IMG/VR virus record: IMGVR_UViG_3300046823_000293
Span: 1 to 43,473 of that record
DNA: 43,473 nt
Reading direction: 5' to 3' (one strand)
Source of the DNA: a virus
Lineage: Duplodnaviria > Caudoviricetes
The notes under the pieces are model-generated. The model made no database searches. It saw nothing but the letters and a program-made list of their open reading frames with translations, and was not told the origin of the DNA. The stretch's first letter is position 1. Each line of letters begins with the position of its first letter. A program made the translations under genes and the position numbers. Of the stretch, positions 15,426-25,529 are shown one piece after another.

Positions 15426-15429
15426 GCGG

Positions 15430-18400
15430 TCATTGACCTAGCCCCTTCATGTAGCCCGCAACGCCGCTGTCTACGCCGCCGCCCCCATTCAAGGACTGCA
15501 TGTAGCCAGAGACGCCGCTACTTGAAGAACTGCTCGAACCCGACGCAGGGACTGTGATCGTCTGGGTCGGTTCGCGCAGATGTTCGACCTCTGACTTCGG
15601 ATAGGTCTTCGGGAGCAGGTTGATGTGCGGGGCGAACTTCCGCTTGCCTTCGTCTTCTTCGGTGAGCAGGTTCCAGCCGGGGAGAACGGAGCTGAGAACC
15701 GCCTCGCCCGCCGCAAGAAGGTGATCGCCTTCTCCACCCGGAAGCGTGGAGCCTTTCCAGCCCTGAACCCCCAGGAGCGCTTCGAAGGGGGCGCGGATTT
15801 GAGCCAGCGGTGCGGACCCGAATGCTTGGATCGGGTTGCTCGCGAAGGGGAAAGAGTTGACGCTGTTGAGGTTCAGGACGCTGCCGCTCGGGAGGGGAAT
15901 GCCGCCCTGCGCCCAAGCGGGAAGCGGACGGTCGCCTTGTTTGTCGAGGCCAGAGTCTTCGCGTTCCAACTGCGTCGCTCGAGCAGTCGCCGCCAGAAAC
16001 GCCGTCTCGATGGGATGGTGCGCCGGCATCGTTAGGTAGACGAATTTGTAGGCCGCCCGCGTCCACGTCCAGAAGGGGATCACGTTGGAGATGACCTTCC
16101 GGGCCGCCGGGCTCATCCGCGAGTAGTTGCCGAGAACCTGCTCGATGTCCTTCTGTGCCCGGACGAGTTTGGCCGGGTCAGATGCCACGCCTTTCGCGTA
16201 GTTGTCCGCGATCTCTTGAACGTGGCCCGCGGCGGTGGCGAGCGAATGTCCGGTGGCCCGCCAGTCCGCGATAGCCGCCTTGCCGATGACCCCGCGTTGT
16301 GGCAGAACCTCGGTGACGTAGGCGTTGGTGGCGAGCATGTAGTGGGTGAATTCCCGCAGGATGAACGGGGCGGCTTTCACAACCGCCTGTTTCGTCCCGT
16401 GTTTGCGTGACCACTCCGCGAAGGTGCGAATCGCTTTCGAGACGCCATCGGCCCCGGTGACGACGTTCTCGGTGGTGCGATGCGGGGCGAGGACGTCGAC
16501 GGAGGAGAAGAACGCGCCCTGAGCGAGTTTTGCCTTGTCCTCGGCGGTGAGCGCCCTCTCGGCTTTCGCTCCGAAGTAGAGATGCGCCGGGTTGACGCCA
16601 GCCAGCACGGTCCGCATCGCATTGTCGAAGCCGTTGCCCAGGTAGAAGTTAGGGCTGAAGGGCAGAACCGCCCGCTTGAAGACGTTGGTGACCGACTGCG
16701 CGACCTTCAGGGCATGTGGCGACGGGGCGGCCTCTGCTAAGAGCTGCTCGGCCTGCGTCCGTGGGATCAACGCAACGGGGGTGTCGTCGGGGAGATTCGC
16801 GTTCGCAAGATCCAGGTTCCCACCCTTGCCCGCCAATGCTTCAGCCAGCGCGTCGTGTACCACTTTGGCGCCGATGTCCTCCGCGGCCGTAGGGTCCTGG
16901 TGCTCGAGCGCACCTTCGATCTCGGGCTTCTTGGCGGCGAAGGGATAGCGGGGAACTATCACCATGTCGGCACGGGGGTCAAGGCCGTGCGCCTCGGGGT
17001 TTTTCAGGGCCTTCTTGACCTCCCCAAGAGTCTCGGCGCCCCGAAGCACCGTGCCAAAGTGGGTGATGACGTGATTCCAAGCCTCGGCGCGACTCACCAA
17101 CCCGATTGAGCGTTTCAGCGTCCCGGCGAGGCCCTCGATGTTGAAGAGGTGCGTCCCGGCCAAGGCAGTCGCGCCTGTTCGGGAGCCCTTCTCCAAAATC
17201 GCGCCGCCGTAGTTCGGTTGGTAGTGGATGCCGGGGGTCGGCTCGCGCTGGCTGATGAAACCTGGGTTGGTCGTGCCGTGCTCACGCATATGGGCATGGA
17301 TGTCCTCGATCGGCAGCGGGTAGCCGTGTTCATCGAGGAGGCGGGGGCCGTGCGCGTGGGCCTGTTTCAACTGCGCCTCGATCGGGCTGAGTTTCTGGGC
17401 GCGCACCTTCTTCAGCCGCCGCGCCTCGGTCTGGAGCGCGCCACCTGTCTGCCGGATCTCGCCTTCGGCAGCGGCGACCCGTTGCTTCGCGGCGTCTCTG
17501 ATGGCTTCAGCCTGCTCGAGCCGTTTCATTACCCTCGCCTGACCTTTCTCCGTTTTCCGGTTGGCGAGCGTGTCTTTCAGCTTGGCGCGAGCTGTTGCTA
17601 GCGACCGCTCTGCCTGTACCCAGCCAGATTCCGCGTAGGCGAGACGGGACTTTGCTGTCTGGTGGGACTCCATGTGGCCGGCGAGGGCTGCGCGGGCTTC
17701 TCCCTTAAACGCGCCGCGGACTTCACGATGCTGCCGCTCGAGGTCGAAGTAGAGCTTCAGCGGCTCGCCGTGCGTCGCCCCCATGTGGATGCGGGCGTAT
17801 GGGACCGCTGACGCCATGAGAGCCTGATCGTGAGTAATCAGTTTGAGCTTGACCATCTGCGCCAAGATGGGTTTCTGGAGCTCGATGAAGGCGTTGGCGG
17901 CGGCGACGGTTGCCTCGACACGGTGCGGGCCAACCTTGGTAGCCCGTTCGAGGATCTTCACGTTCTCCTTGTTGCGCTTCAGCTCCTCCGGGCCAAGGAC
18001 GAGATTGCCGTTGGTGTCTCTCGCCTGGGCCGCCTCTTCGATCATGCGCTTGTAGGCCGGAAGATCCTTGGCGAAGGTGCCGGGATCATGAAAGAGGCGT
18101 TCGACCGCGAGCCCCACGACGTCGGCGCTCTTGCGGTCGAGCTTGCCGACCGTGCGCCCTCGGACGCGAAGGGTTGGCCCCTTGCGCGGCAGAATGTCTT
18201 TCAGCGCTTTCAGGGCCTCTCGGTTTCGCATCACTTCAACGGCGCGGTTGCCGACTGTCTCGCGGTTGATCGCCTCCTTGAGGAAGTGCTTGCCTTGGCG
18301 GGTGTCAGGGGCTATTGAGGTGACGCGGCGGTCCCGCGAGCGCTGGCCGAAGTGCGGGAAGTATTGGCGGATCAGGTCGGGCGAGAGGCGGCCACGATCC

Positions 18401-19500
18401 ACCTTCGTCGGGGTGCCCTCTATCGAAACCAAGGGGCGGTTGTCGACGCTCCCGACGTCTCCCGGCAGCGACCGAGCCGCAATGCCTGCGCCGCGACCGA
18501 TGGCAGAAGCAAGCCCGCTTGCTTCGAGGCCGGAGTAGATCGGACGTTCACCGAACCGCTTGGCCGCCTCGCTGAGGTTTCCGGAGGCCAGCGCCGGAAG
18601 GAGCCCCGTGGCGAGGTACTGCTTCTTCAGGTTGTCGAGTTCTTCGGAGTTGCCCTTGGCCGCGTTGATCCCAGCGCGGCCCGTCAGGTATAGGGAGGGC
18701 AATACCGTCGCGGGAAGATTCACGGCTTCGCCTGCGAGAGGCAGAACGTGGGAAGCGTCGTTGGCAATCGAAGCCTCCAGCCCCTTCCCTTCGAAGCCCT
18801 TCAGGAACTCTTTGGGATCGCCGTGGATCAGCGCCGCAGGAGCCTGAAGAGCAAGGGGGGCCGTGAAGGGATGCTTAACGGGATAGGTGGCCGCCTTGCC
18901 TCCGACCTTCCCCGCGACCTTGACCGAAGTGGGGAGTGCCTCGGCTCGTTTGGTGGCGGCCTGTCGAGCGGTCCTCACGAAGTCCGGCTCGGCCTTTTTG
19001 GCGGCGCCCCTGAGAGCCGTTCTAACCGCCCCGGAGTCCTGTGCGGCCTTCTCCCCCGCCTTGATGCTCCGTAGGGCGTCGGTGAGAGAGGCGGCGTCTG
19101 AGATGGGTACTGGCGCGGTGATAGCAGCAGCCGCCCGCACCTCCTTTTCATTGGGCGCGTGGACGAGCGGTTTGATCCCCTGGTAGTTCGCCTTCGCGAC
19201 TTCGAGGAGGTTCTTGGCTTCGTCCGTGGCGAGCGAGCGGACCGGGTTCGAGGAGGAGCCGACCGGAGAGCCGCCGAGGTTGCCGAGCGCCGAGAGGATG
19301 GTGCCGGGGTCGAAGCCGCTGCTCGTCGTGTAGCCCCTGAAGACGTGGCCGCGGAGCTTCTCGCGATTCGCCATGACTTCGGCGTGCTTCCCCTTTGCGG
19401 TTGGGGCGTAGGGGACCGCGACGTCGTAGTGACGCTTGCGACGGCCCGACCCCTTCAGCGCCTTGCCTAGCTCACCCGCGAGGTTGAATCCGAGCGCCAT
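15430..19500 (-). CDS. Large ejection/internal virion protein (1356 aa)
   Basis: Ala-rich helical sequence with coiled coil; C-terminal motifs typical of podovirus DNA-injection proteins (F.P.F..GN..DN, IPFWTW); position after the nozzle. Confidence 0.75.
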   Translation of the reverse strand: MALGFNLAGELGKALKGSGRRKRHYDVAVPYAPTAKGKHAEVMANREKLRGHVFRGYTTSSGFDPGTILSALGNLGGSPVGSSSNPVRSLATDEAKNLLEVAKANYQGIKPLVHAPNEKEVRAAAAITAPVPISDAASLTDALRSIKAGEKAAQDSGAVRTALRGAAKKAEPDFVRTARQAATKRAEALPTSVKVAGKVGGKAATYPVKHPFTAPLALQAPAALIHGDPKEFLKGFEGKGLEASIANDASHVLPLAGEAVNLPATVLPSLYLTGRAGINAAKGNSEELDNLKKQYLATGLLPALASGNLSEAAKRFGERPIYSGLEASGLASAIGRGAGIAARSLPGDVGSVDNRPLVSIEGTPTKVDRGRLSPDLIRQYFPHFGQRSRDRRVTSIAPDTRQGKHFLKEAINRETVGNRAVEVMRNREALKALKDILPRKGPTLRVRGRTVGKLDRKSADVVGLAVERLFHDPGTFAKDLPAYKRMIEEAAQARDTNGNLVLGPEELKRNKENVKILERATKVGPHRVEATVAAANAFIELQKPILAQMVKLKLITHDQALMASAVPYARIHMGATHGEPLKLYFDLERQHREVRGAFKGEARAALAGHMESHQTAKSRLAYAESGWVQAERSLATARAKLKDTLANRKTEKGQARVMKRLEQAEAIRDAAKQRVAAAEGEIRQTGGALQTEARRLKKVRAQKLSPIEAQLKQAHAHGPRLLDEHGYPLPIEDIHAHMREHGTTNPGFISQREPTPGIHYQPNYGGAILEKGSRTGATALAGTHLFNIEGLAGTLKRSIGLVSRAEAWNHVITHFGTVLRGAETLGEVKKALKNPEAHGLDPRADMVIVPRYPFAAKKPEIEGALEHQDPTAAEDIGAKVVHDALAEALAGKGGNLDLANANLPDDTPVALIPRTQAEQLLAEAAPSPHALKVAQSVTNVFKRAVLPFSPNFYLGNGFDNAMRTVLAGVNPAHLYFGAKAERALTAEDKAKLAQGAFFSSVDVLAPHRTTENVVTGADGVSKAIRTFAEWSRKHGTKQAVVKAAPFILREFTHYMLATNAYVTEVLPQRGVIGKAAIADWRATGHSLATAAGHVQEIADNYAKGVASDPAKLVRAQKDIEQVLGNYSRMSPAARKVISNVIPFWTWTRAAYKFVYLTMPAHHPIETAFLAATARATQLEREDSGLDKQGDRPLPAWAQGGIPLPSGSVLNLNSVNSFPFASNPIQAFGSAPLAQIRAPFEALLGVQGWKGSTLPGGEGDHLLAAGEAVLSSVLPGWNLLTEEDEGKRKFAPHINLLPKTYPKSEVEHLREPTQTITVPASGSSSSSSSGVSGYMQSLNGGGGVDSGVAGYMKGLGQ

Positions 19501-19506
19501 CGGCTA

Positions 19507-20286
19507 TCACCCCAACGGCAATGACGTCACCCGAGCGACAGCTTTGACCCCCAGGCGCTTCCGCAGCTCTTCAACCGCGTGGACAGCGGCGACCGGATCG
19601 GCCCCCTCGGCTTCTTTCGCGACCTGCTGGGCGAAAGCGAGCCATTCTTTCTTGCCGCTCGGGACGACGACGGGTTGCCCTCCAACTTCTTCCCCGCTCT
19701 TAGCAGCCGCCACCGTCTTATTGAACAAGTCTTCCGCGACGATCAGGGCGTTGTGGACGCTGCGGCCCGCGCTTTCCTTGTGCTTGCCTTCTTCCTTCAA
19801 CGCCGAGGATCCCTGCCCCCGGAGTTCCTTGAGCCGCTGGTTCAGGGCCTCGGCGGCGCTCTGTTCGGAGGAGGCGCGATCGGTGATGAGGTTCTGGCGG
19901 TCGGCGGCGAGGGTCTTGTTGCGTTCTTCCGCGGCGCCGGCGAGCAGGGAGGGCAGGGCAGAGGCAGCGTCAGCAGCTCGCGACGTGAACTCGCTCTTGG
20001 TCTGCTGCAACGCGGTCCCCTTAAGGCCCGCTCCTTTCAGACCCGAGAGAGCCTGAGCGAGAGCGCTCTCCTCGGCGTTCGTGGCACCACGGGCTGAGGC
20101 GGCTTCGTTTTGGTACTGCTTCTTGGCGACGCCGAATTTCCCCCGGTCGGCAGCGAGGACGGGGGCAGCCGCACGCTGAGCCGCCGCCTTCGTCCGCTTC
20201 GCTTCCAAGTGGCGGATTTCCGGGGAGAGCTGAACCGGGTGAAGTTGTTTGTTCCCGACTGTCGGCACTGTCTTTCTGCGGGCCAT
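19507..20286 (-). CDS. Ejection protein candidate
   Basis: Ala-rich helical protein, no Cys, within the ejection cluster. Confidence 0.65.
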   Translation of the reverse strand: MARRKTVPTVGNKQLHPVQLSPEIRHLEAKRTKAAAQRAAAPVLAADRGKFGVAKKQYQNEAASARGATNAEESALAQALSGLKGAGLKGTALQQTKSEFTSRAADAASALPSLLAGAAEERNKTLAADRQNLITDRASSEQSAAEALNQRLKELRGQGSSALKEEGKHKESAGRSVHNALIVAEDLFNKTVAAAKSGEEVGGQPVVVPSGKKEWLAFAQQVAKEAEGADPVAAVHAVEELRKRLGVKAVARVTSLPLG

Positions 20287-21227
20287 CAGTGGCCACCTTT
20301 CTTCTTCGTTTTCTTGCCGGGCGCGCTGGTGCCGCCGCCGTTGTTCCCCGCGCCGCCTTCAGCTTTGGCGATCGCTTCGGGGTGAACCTGTTTCCAGTTG
20401 GCGAAAACCTGGGGGTGTTCTGCTCGAGCGGCGTAAATCTCCTGGGCGAGCAGGTCGACGTTCTTGATCTGCTCCTCGCGGCGGGCGCGTTCCTGGTCGC
20501 GGTTGGATTCGAAGAACGTGCGGCCCGTCGAGCGTTTCGCACCTTCGCGTTCTGCATTGCGGCCCAAGTTGAGGCGGCCGAGAGAGGTCCCGCGGTCCTG
20601 AGTGATCTGACCGCGTGCCGTGCCGATCCTGCCGAGGGCCGTGGCGAGGTCTTCGTTGGAGCGCTGCTGAGCCGTGTGGATCGGGGCTTCCGCGAGCCGC
20701 TGGTTGCCTGCGCGGGCCGCAGCTGAGGCCGTGAGCGTGCCCTGGTCGAGGACTCCGGCTGCGTTGGCGGATTCGGCTTGGCGGTGCGCCTGCTGACCGA
20801 ACTGGCGGGCGATGTTGGCGAGGCCGGTCTGAAAGTCCTGCTGCTGGCGACCCGCGTTCCTCTGGGTGTCCGCTTCCTGGTAGCCGAGTTTCTGTTCGCC
20901 TCGGTTTGCCGAGCGGTTGATGTCCTGGCGGCTCTGGCTCGTTTTGCGGTGGATTTCCCGCAGCGCCGTGGTGAGGTCGGTTTTCGCGAAGTGCTGCTTT
21001 GACGTGGTGTCGGCTTCGGTGTCTTCCAGCCCGCGAGCCGCTTCTCGCCGCTGGGCCTCGATGGCGGGATCGAAGCTGAGGAAGGGCGGTGTGATGTAGC
21101 TCGAGCCCGTTGAGGTCGGCTTCGGGGAGGGCTTGGCGTTCGGGTTGTAGGAGGTCCCGCCGCTGCCGAGCCCGGGCCGCACGCCGCCACCGAGTCCATA
21201 GCGCCGCGCCATCAGAGAACCCGCCAT
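20286..21227 (-). CDS. Ejection protein candidate
   Basis: Gln/Ala/Arg-rich coiled coil. Confidence 0.65.
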   Translation of the reverse strand: MAGSLMARRYGLGGGVRPGLGSGGTSYNPNAKPSPKPTSTGSSYITPPFLSFDPAIEAQRREAARGLEDTEADTTSKQHFAKTDLTTALREIHRKTSQSRQDINRSANRGEQKLGYQEADTQRNAGRQQQDFQTGLANIARQFGQQAHRQAESANAAGVLDQGTLTASAAARAGNQRLAEAPIHTAQQRSNEDLATALGRIGTARGQITQDRGTSLGRLNLGRNAEREGAKRSTGRTFFESNRDQERARREEQIKNVDLLAQEIYAARAEHPQVFANWKQVHPEAIAKAEGGAGNNGGGTSAPGKKTKKKGGH

Positions 21228-21436
21228 TCGCCACCGATGCGGCAGTAGAGGGTCGGGCCCGTTTCATCGACCGCTGTGGTTCCGTCGAGGGGCGGTTTCG
21301 GGAAGTCTTCATCCGTGGGCACACCGTTTTTGATGAGCGCGACGTTGGGCGGGACCGGGATTACTCCGGGGCGCCGCAACTCGTTCTGGAACCAGCGGCG
21401 AAGGTCGCCCTCGTTCTGGAGGTTCCCGAGGCTCAT
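21212..21436 (-). CDS. Small virion tail-associated protein
   Basis: G.P......DG...VD.....LYCRIGGEW fibre-type motif. Confidence 0.65.
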   Translation of the reverse strand: MSLGNLQNEGDLRRWFQNELRRPGVIPVPPNVALIKNGVPTDEDFPKPPLDGTTAVDETGPTLYCRIGGEWRVL

Positions 21437-21933
21437 GGCTGCGGGATGAGGAGGTAGACGAAGCCGGTGCCAGCTTCCTTGACCCTGCTGGTGAAGGGGC
21501 CGGAGGCTTTGCCGCGCAGCTTGACCGTGTGGGCCGCCGCCGTGAGGCTGATGCAGTAGTCCTGGCCGACCGTCTCATGCTGGGAGGTCGTGGCGACGAG
21601 GGGGAAGCCGCTCAGGATCGGCTCGGCTCGGTCCACGCCGTCGACATTCAGCGAGAGGGTCGCCAACTGTTCCCCCGTGCCGCCCACCACCGTCTCGATC
21701 TCGGCCGTAGCGAAGACCAGTAGGAGGCTCGGAACGGCGGGAGTAATGCTGAGTGTCGCCCCAGGGACATCCTGCGAGGAGCCGGTGAGGGTCAGTTCCG
21801 CAGAGGCACCGACTCTGGCCGCCCGGAAGAGCCCGTTGAAGGCTTCCGCGATTGCGTCGAATTCGGCTTCAAAGTTTTCGCCAGTGATCGTTTCGTCTTC
21901 AACGAAGCTCTTGACTCGCTCGAAAATGCTCAT
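21433..21933 (-). CDS. Short tail fibre/needle-like protein (beta-sandwich head)
   Basis: N-terminal F...E.I....F.AEFD.I...FN anchor followed by a beta-rich domain. Confidence 0.65.
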   Translation of the reverse strand: MSIFERVKSFVEDETITGENFEAEFDAIAEAFNGLFRAARVGASAELTLTGSSQDVPGATLSITPAVPSLLLVFATAEIETVVGGTGEQLATLSLNVDGVDRAEPILSGFPLVATTSQHETVGQDYCISLTAAAHTVKLRGKASGPFTSRVKEAGTGFVYLLIPQP

Positions 21934-24269
21934 CGTCTTGTCGCTCCACTCGGTCGGACGGTTAGCTCTACGGACCGCAGGGCGCAGACAGCGGCTGGGC
22001 CAGAGGACTTGAGGCGGGTGCGGATGAAGCGGGCTTTCTTGCCGATGCGGAAGCGGGCCGGGTCGCGGGCGTCGCTCTCCCCCGCTTCACCTATCGGGAT
22101 GAAGGTCGCTCCGGTGCTGCTGCCGAACACCGCTTTCCCGAATACGGCGGTCCCGAACCTGGCACCGGTCGATTTGGTCGCACCCGCGCCGTAGTAGGCC
22201 ACTACCTTCGCCCCGGCGCCCTTCAGTTCGTAGCGAGGTTTTAGCGCCCGGACACGGTTGATCGTCCCGCCGCCGGTCGGGTAGTCGCGGTTGGTGATGT
22301 CGAGATCGTGGACTGAGCCGTCCGCGTCAACTTCGTGTTCGTCGTCGGGCGTGAAGTAGTGCGAGCAGTCGACGAGCTGGGAAGGGGTGCGGGCTTGGGC
22401 GCCGAGGAGGAGCGGTTCGCCGCTGACCGGGGTGTGGACCGCGAAGGAGGTGATCTCCCCGCCGTCCCCCGTGAAGCGCGACCAAGGGAAGACCGTGAGG
22501 CCGCGAGAGCGCGTCGGGCGGTCGAGCAGGCAGACGAACAGCTTGCGGACCGCACCCGACCCGGTGATGATCGGCAGCAGGTAGTGGCCGCGGTAGACCT
22601 CCGCTTTGCCGAGCTTGTATCCCGCCGCGATCTGTTCGCGGTAGAGGCGGTCGATGGGCCGGGAGATGCGGACCGGCTGGCTGATTCCGTCCATCAAGTA
22701 GATCCCGTCCTCAGCGGGCACGACGAGCCGCTGCTGGGATCCTGCGATTCCGGTGGCGCCGGCGAGCGCAATGTCGGAGGAGAGCTGCTGGAGGCGGTGC
22801 TGCGGGTTGCCGGACTGGTCAACGATGTCCAGCGCCAGCCCGTCGAGGACCCAGATCCCCGCCGTGGTGAAGATCAGGACCGTCTCCCCCACTGTCGCCA
22901 CTCCGCGCCCTTCCACGCCTTCGGGGAGCGTGTGTTCGTTCGTGGTCCCGAGGCTGTTGGTGAAGGTGTGCGGGTCGTCGGGCTCGGTGTATTTGACCGT
23001 CCGCCCGTTCAGTAGGACGAGGCGGTTGGCGCAGACACAGAGGTAATCCCAGGTTTCGTACGGGTCGGAGCCGACCGTGTAGATCGGATTCAGCGTGTAG
23101 CTTTTCCCCGAGCCGCCCGTCCCTTCATAGGCATCGCGCAGGGTGAGTTCCGTCGTCGAGTTGATCGCGGCGACCACGTAGACCCGCTCGGAGCCGATCT
23201 GCATGAGCATCCCGGCATCGACCAGCGTGTTCCAGGTCGTGCCGGAGCCTTTGACCACCTTCGACCCGGCTTCGACTTTGATCGTGCCAGTGGAATACGG
23301 AGCGGTCTGTCGGGAGCCGCCGTAGATCGTCCCGCCGCCGATGAAGAGCAAGTCCTCGAGCGCGGCCGACTGCTTCGGCACCGAGAGCCCGTTGCCGCCG
23401 AGGTTGACCGGGACATCGCTGGTATCGAGGACTCCGAAGTTCGCATCGTCAGCAAACAGGGAACGCTGACCGGGGAGCAGGTAGCCGTCCCAATTCCAGG
23501 TCAGGCCCGAGTCGGAGAACGGCGTGATCGTCCCGCCGCCGAAGTCATCCAGCTTGCCGCTGAAGGTCGTCACGCCGATCCGCCCCGAGGTGTAGGTGGA
23601 GTCTTCGCCAGCCAGAACGCGGGTCCACTCACCGCCGCTCGGGAGCCGCCAGGCCGAGATGTTGCTGCCGATCGCCATGATCGCCAGGGAGTCGCCATCT
23701 ACGAGGCGCTGGTGGGGCTTCAGGGCGATTTGATGCTGACCGCCGCCTGGGTCCACGCGGACCAACGACAGCGCCCAGCGACCGCTCGTTTCTTCGTTGA
23801 TGCCGAAGTAGTAGCCACGCAGCGTCGAGGCGTCGCCTTCGCCGGCCGTGCGAATCCATACTGCGTTTGCGAGATCCCCGAGTTCGACGAGGGTGACGTA
23901 GGAGGATCCGTCTTCCACCGTTTTTTTGAAGACCGCCGAGCCAAGGAAGAAGCCCGAGGGGACCAGACGGTTGCTCTGGACCTGGAGGTTGACGCCGGTT
24001 TTTTCCAGCGCGCCGCCCCATTCGCCCCCCTTGGACACCGGATTCTCATTGGCACGGTTGAAGTTGTCGAGGATCGGAGCGGCACTCGGGAGGATCTTCG
24101 ACTTGTAAGCGGTGCCGCCCCGCCGGTAGGGATGGCCTTCTTCGTCGAGGCAGACGTTGACGAGATCGTAGGCGGCGTTCTCCGGGATCAGCTCCGGCGC
24201 GATGTCGCGGACCATGCCGCCACTGAAGTCTTCCTGGAAGGGACCGTTCCCCCGCAGCGCCGGACTCAT
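21930..24269 (-). CDS. Tail nozzle/stabilisation protein with inserted domains
   Basis: QEDFSGGM...PEN.....NV....G...RRGG N-terminus; beta-propeller-like body; follows the adaptor. Confidence 0.75.
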   Translation of the reverse strand: MSPALRGNGPFQEDFSGGMVRDIAPELIPENAAYDLVNVCLDEEGHPYRRGGTAYKSKILPSAAPILDNFNRANENPVSKGGEWGGALEKTGVNLQVQSNRLVPSGFFLGSAVFKKTVEDGSSYVTLVELGDLANAVWIRTAGEGDASTLRGYYFGINEETSGRWALSLVRVDPGGGQHQIALKPHQRLVDGDSLAIMAIGSNISAWRLPSGGEWTRVLAGEDSTYTSGRIGVTTFSGKLDDFGGGTITPFSDSGLTWNWDGYLLPGQRSLFADDANFGVLDTSDVPVNLGGNGLSVPKQSAALEDLLFIGGGTIYGGSRQTAPYSTGTIKVEAGSKVVKGSGTTWNTLVDAGMLMQIGSERVYVVAAINSTTELTLRDAYEGTGGSGKSYTLNPIYTVGSDPYETWDYLCVCANRLVLLNGRTVKYTEPDDPHTFTNSLGTTNEHTLPEGVEGRGVATVGETVLIFTTAGIWVLDGLALDIVDQSGNPQHRLQQLSSDIALAGATGIAGSQQRLVVPAEDGIYLMDGISQPVRISRPIDRLYREQIAAGYKLGKAEVYRGHYLLPIITGSGAVRKLFVCLLDRPTRSRGLTVFPWSRFTGDGGEITSFAVHTPVSGEPLLLGAQARTPSQLVDCSHYFTPDDEHEVDADGSVHDLDITNRDYPTGGGTINRVRALKPRYELKGAGAKVVAYYGAGATKSTGARFGTAVFGKAVFGSSTGATFIPIGEAGESDARDPARFRIGKKARFIRTRLKSSGPAAVCALRSVELTVRPSGATRR

Positions 24270-24910
24270 GCAGTGACTCCCGAGATGCCGAAGGTGACGA
24301 TGCCGTTGCCGCTGGCGCGTTCGTTGTCGTAGCGCTCGAGGTCGCCTACCGCGAGGTCGCCCTTGGCTTTCTCGACTTCGGCGAGTTCGGGGTTGTCCTC
24401 GATCGCTTCGTAGTAGACCTCAGCCGCGAAGTACCGCAGCTTGGAGTGCCAGTAGCGCGGGAAGGCGACGGGCTCGAGCGAGGGTTCGTCGATGTTCAGC
24501 GGGACGGGTTCGTAGACATACTCGATTTCCAGGGTGTCGCCGCCGCTGGGGGTTGGGTAGAGGTAGAGGGCGCGGTTGCCTTCTTCGTCGGTGCCCTCGT
24601 AGTAGACGCCGACAACCTGGAGCGTCAGTTCGCCCTTTTCGTACTGGCGGACCGTCTCGCGGTCCGAGGAGGCCCAGGGAGTGCCCGCTACGGCGACGGA
24701 CTGCGGCAGGAGGAAGTCCGCAGGCAGTTCGTAGGCAGCTTGGGCGGCCACGGTGGACCCCAGATCGACTGTTTTGCGCGGGTACCGTGACCGCCGTGCC
24801 GCGTTGACCTGGCCCTCGTTAAGAAGGTCGCAAGCCTCTGCGGCGGTGAGATCGAAGCCGGCGAGGGAGTTAAGGCGTGCTGTCAGAGCCGTTAGATCCA
24901 CCGTGGTCAC
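24266..24910 (-). CDS. Head-tail adaptor protein
   Basis: LNEGQ...YELPADFL...LYLYPTP....LEIEY...FP...H..L.Y.A pattern. Confidence 0.8.
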   Translation of the reverse strand: MTTVDLTALTARLNSLAGFDLTAAEACDLLNEGQVNAARRSRYPRKTVDLGSTVAAQAAYELPADFLLPQSVAVAGTPWASSDRETVRQYEKGELTLQVVGVYYEGTDEEGNRALYLYPTPSGGDTLEIEYVYEPVPLNIDEPSLEPVAFPRYWHSKLRYFAAEVYYEAIEDNPELAEVEKAKGDLAVGDLERYDNERASGNGIVTFGISGVTA

Positions 24911-25466
24911 CTATTTCGGTTTCCGCAGCGGCCTCCGGCTCGGAGGACTCCTCAACGATCATCTCAAGGGCCGTGTCTACGGCTTCAATGATCGTTGGGC
25001 GGGGGTTGTCGCGTTCCAGCTCTACTTCTCGGATCGCCTCCAACTGGACCTTGTTGCGCTCGACCGATGAGCGGGCGATCAGCTTCATCGGGTCGGCCAT
25101 CGCGGCCACGGGGTCCTCGGCCGGGGGCGGTTCCTCGTCGAAGCCGCTGGGTCCGGGAGTTTTGAAGGTCGGGTGCTTCCGCAGTTTCTCGATCACCCGC
25201 AGGTCGTCGGTCGTGAACATGCTGTTCTCGAACTGGACCTTCCAGGGCGTGTCGTCGATGGGGATCTCTTTCTCCCCGTTCTTCACGCGCTGACGATTGA
25301 CGTCTTCTTCGCGCTGGATGAAAGCCTCGCGGGTGAGGATTTCGAAGCCGCCGGCTCCGTTGGAGACTTTCTGCTGGGGCCGCAGCACGAGAACCTGATC
25401 GGGGCAGCGAGAGAAGAACGTAACGGCGACCTGCTCGGCCTTTGGTGTCTCAGTCGCGGTTGGCAT
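24870..25466 (-). CDS. Head-associated hypothetical protein
   Basis: Directly after the capsid gene, GAGGAG RBS; contains an LE..RE.E.....R.TII motif. Confidence 0.7.
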   Translation of the reverse strand: MPTATETPKAEQVAVTFFSRCPDQVLVLRPQQKVSNGAGGFEILTREAFIQREEDVNRQRVKNGEKEIPIDDTPWKVQFENSMFTTDDLRVIEKLRKHPTFKTPGPSGFDEEPPPAEDPVAAMADPMKLIARSSVERNKVQLEAIREVELERDNPRPTIIEAVDTALEMIVEESSEPEAAAETEIGDHGGSNGSDSTP

Positions 25467-25491
25467 CTGTTCGTTCTCCTCTGTCGTAAGC

Positions 25492-25521
25492 GTGGGGAGC
25501 GGCCGGAATGCCGCCCCCCAC
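25492..25521 (-). terminator. Hairpin after the major capsid gene
   Basis: gtggggagcggc-cggaat-gccgccccccac, near-perfect 12-bp stem. Confidence 0.7.
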
Positions 25522-25529
25522 TAGGTTTC

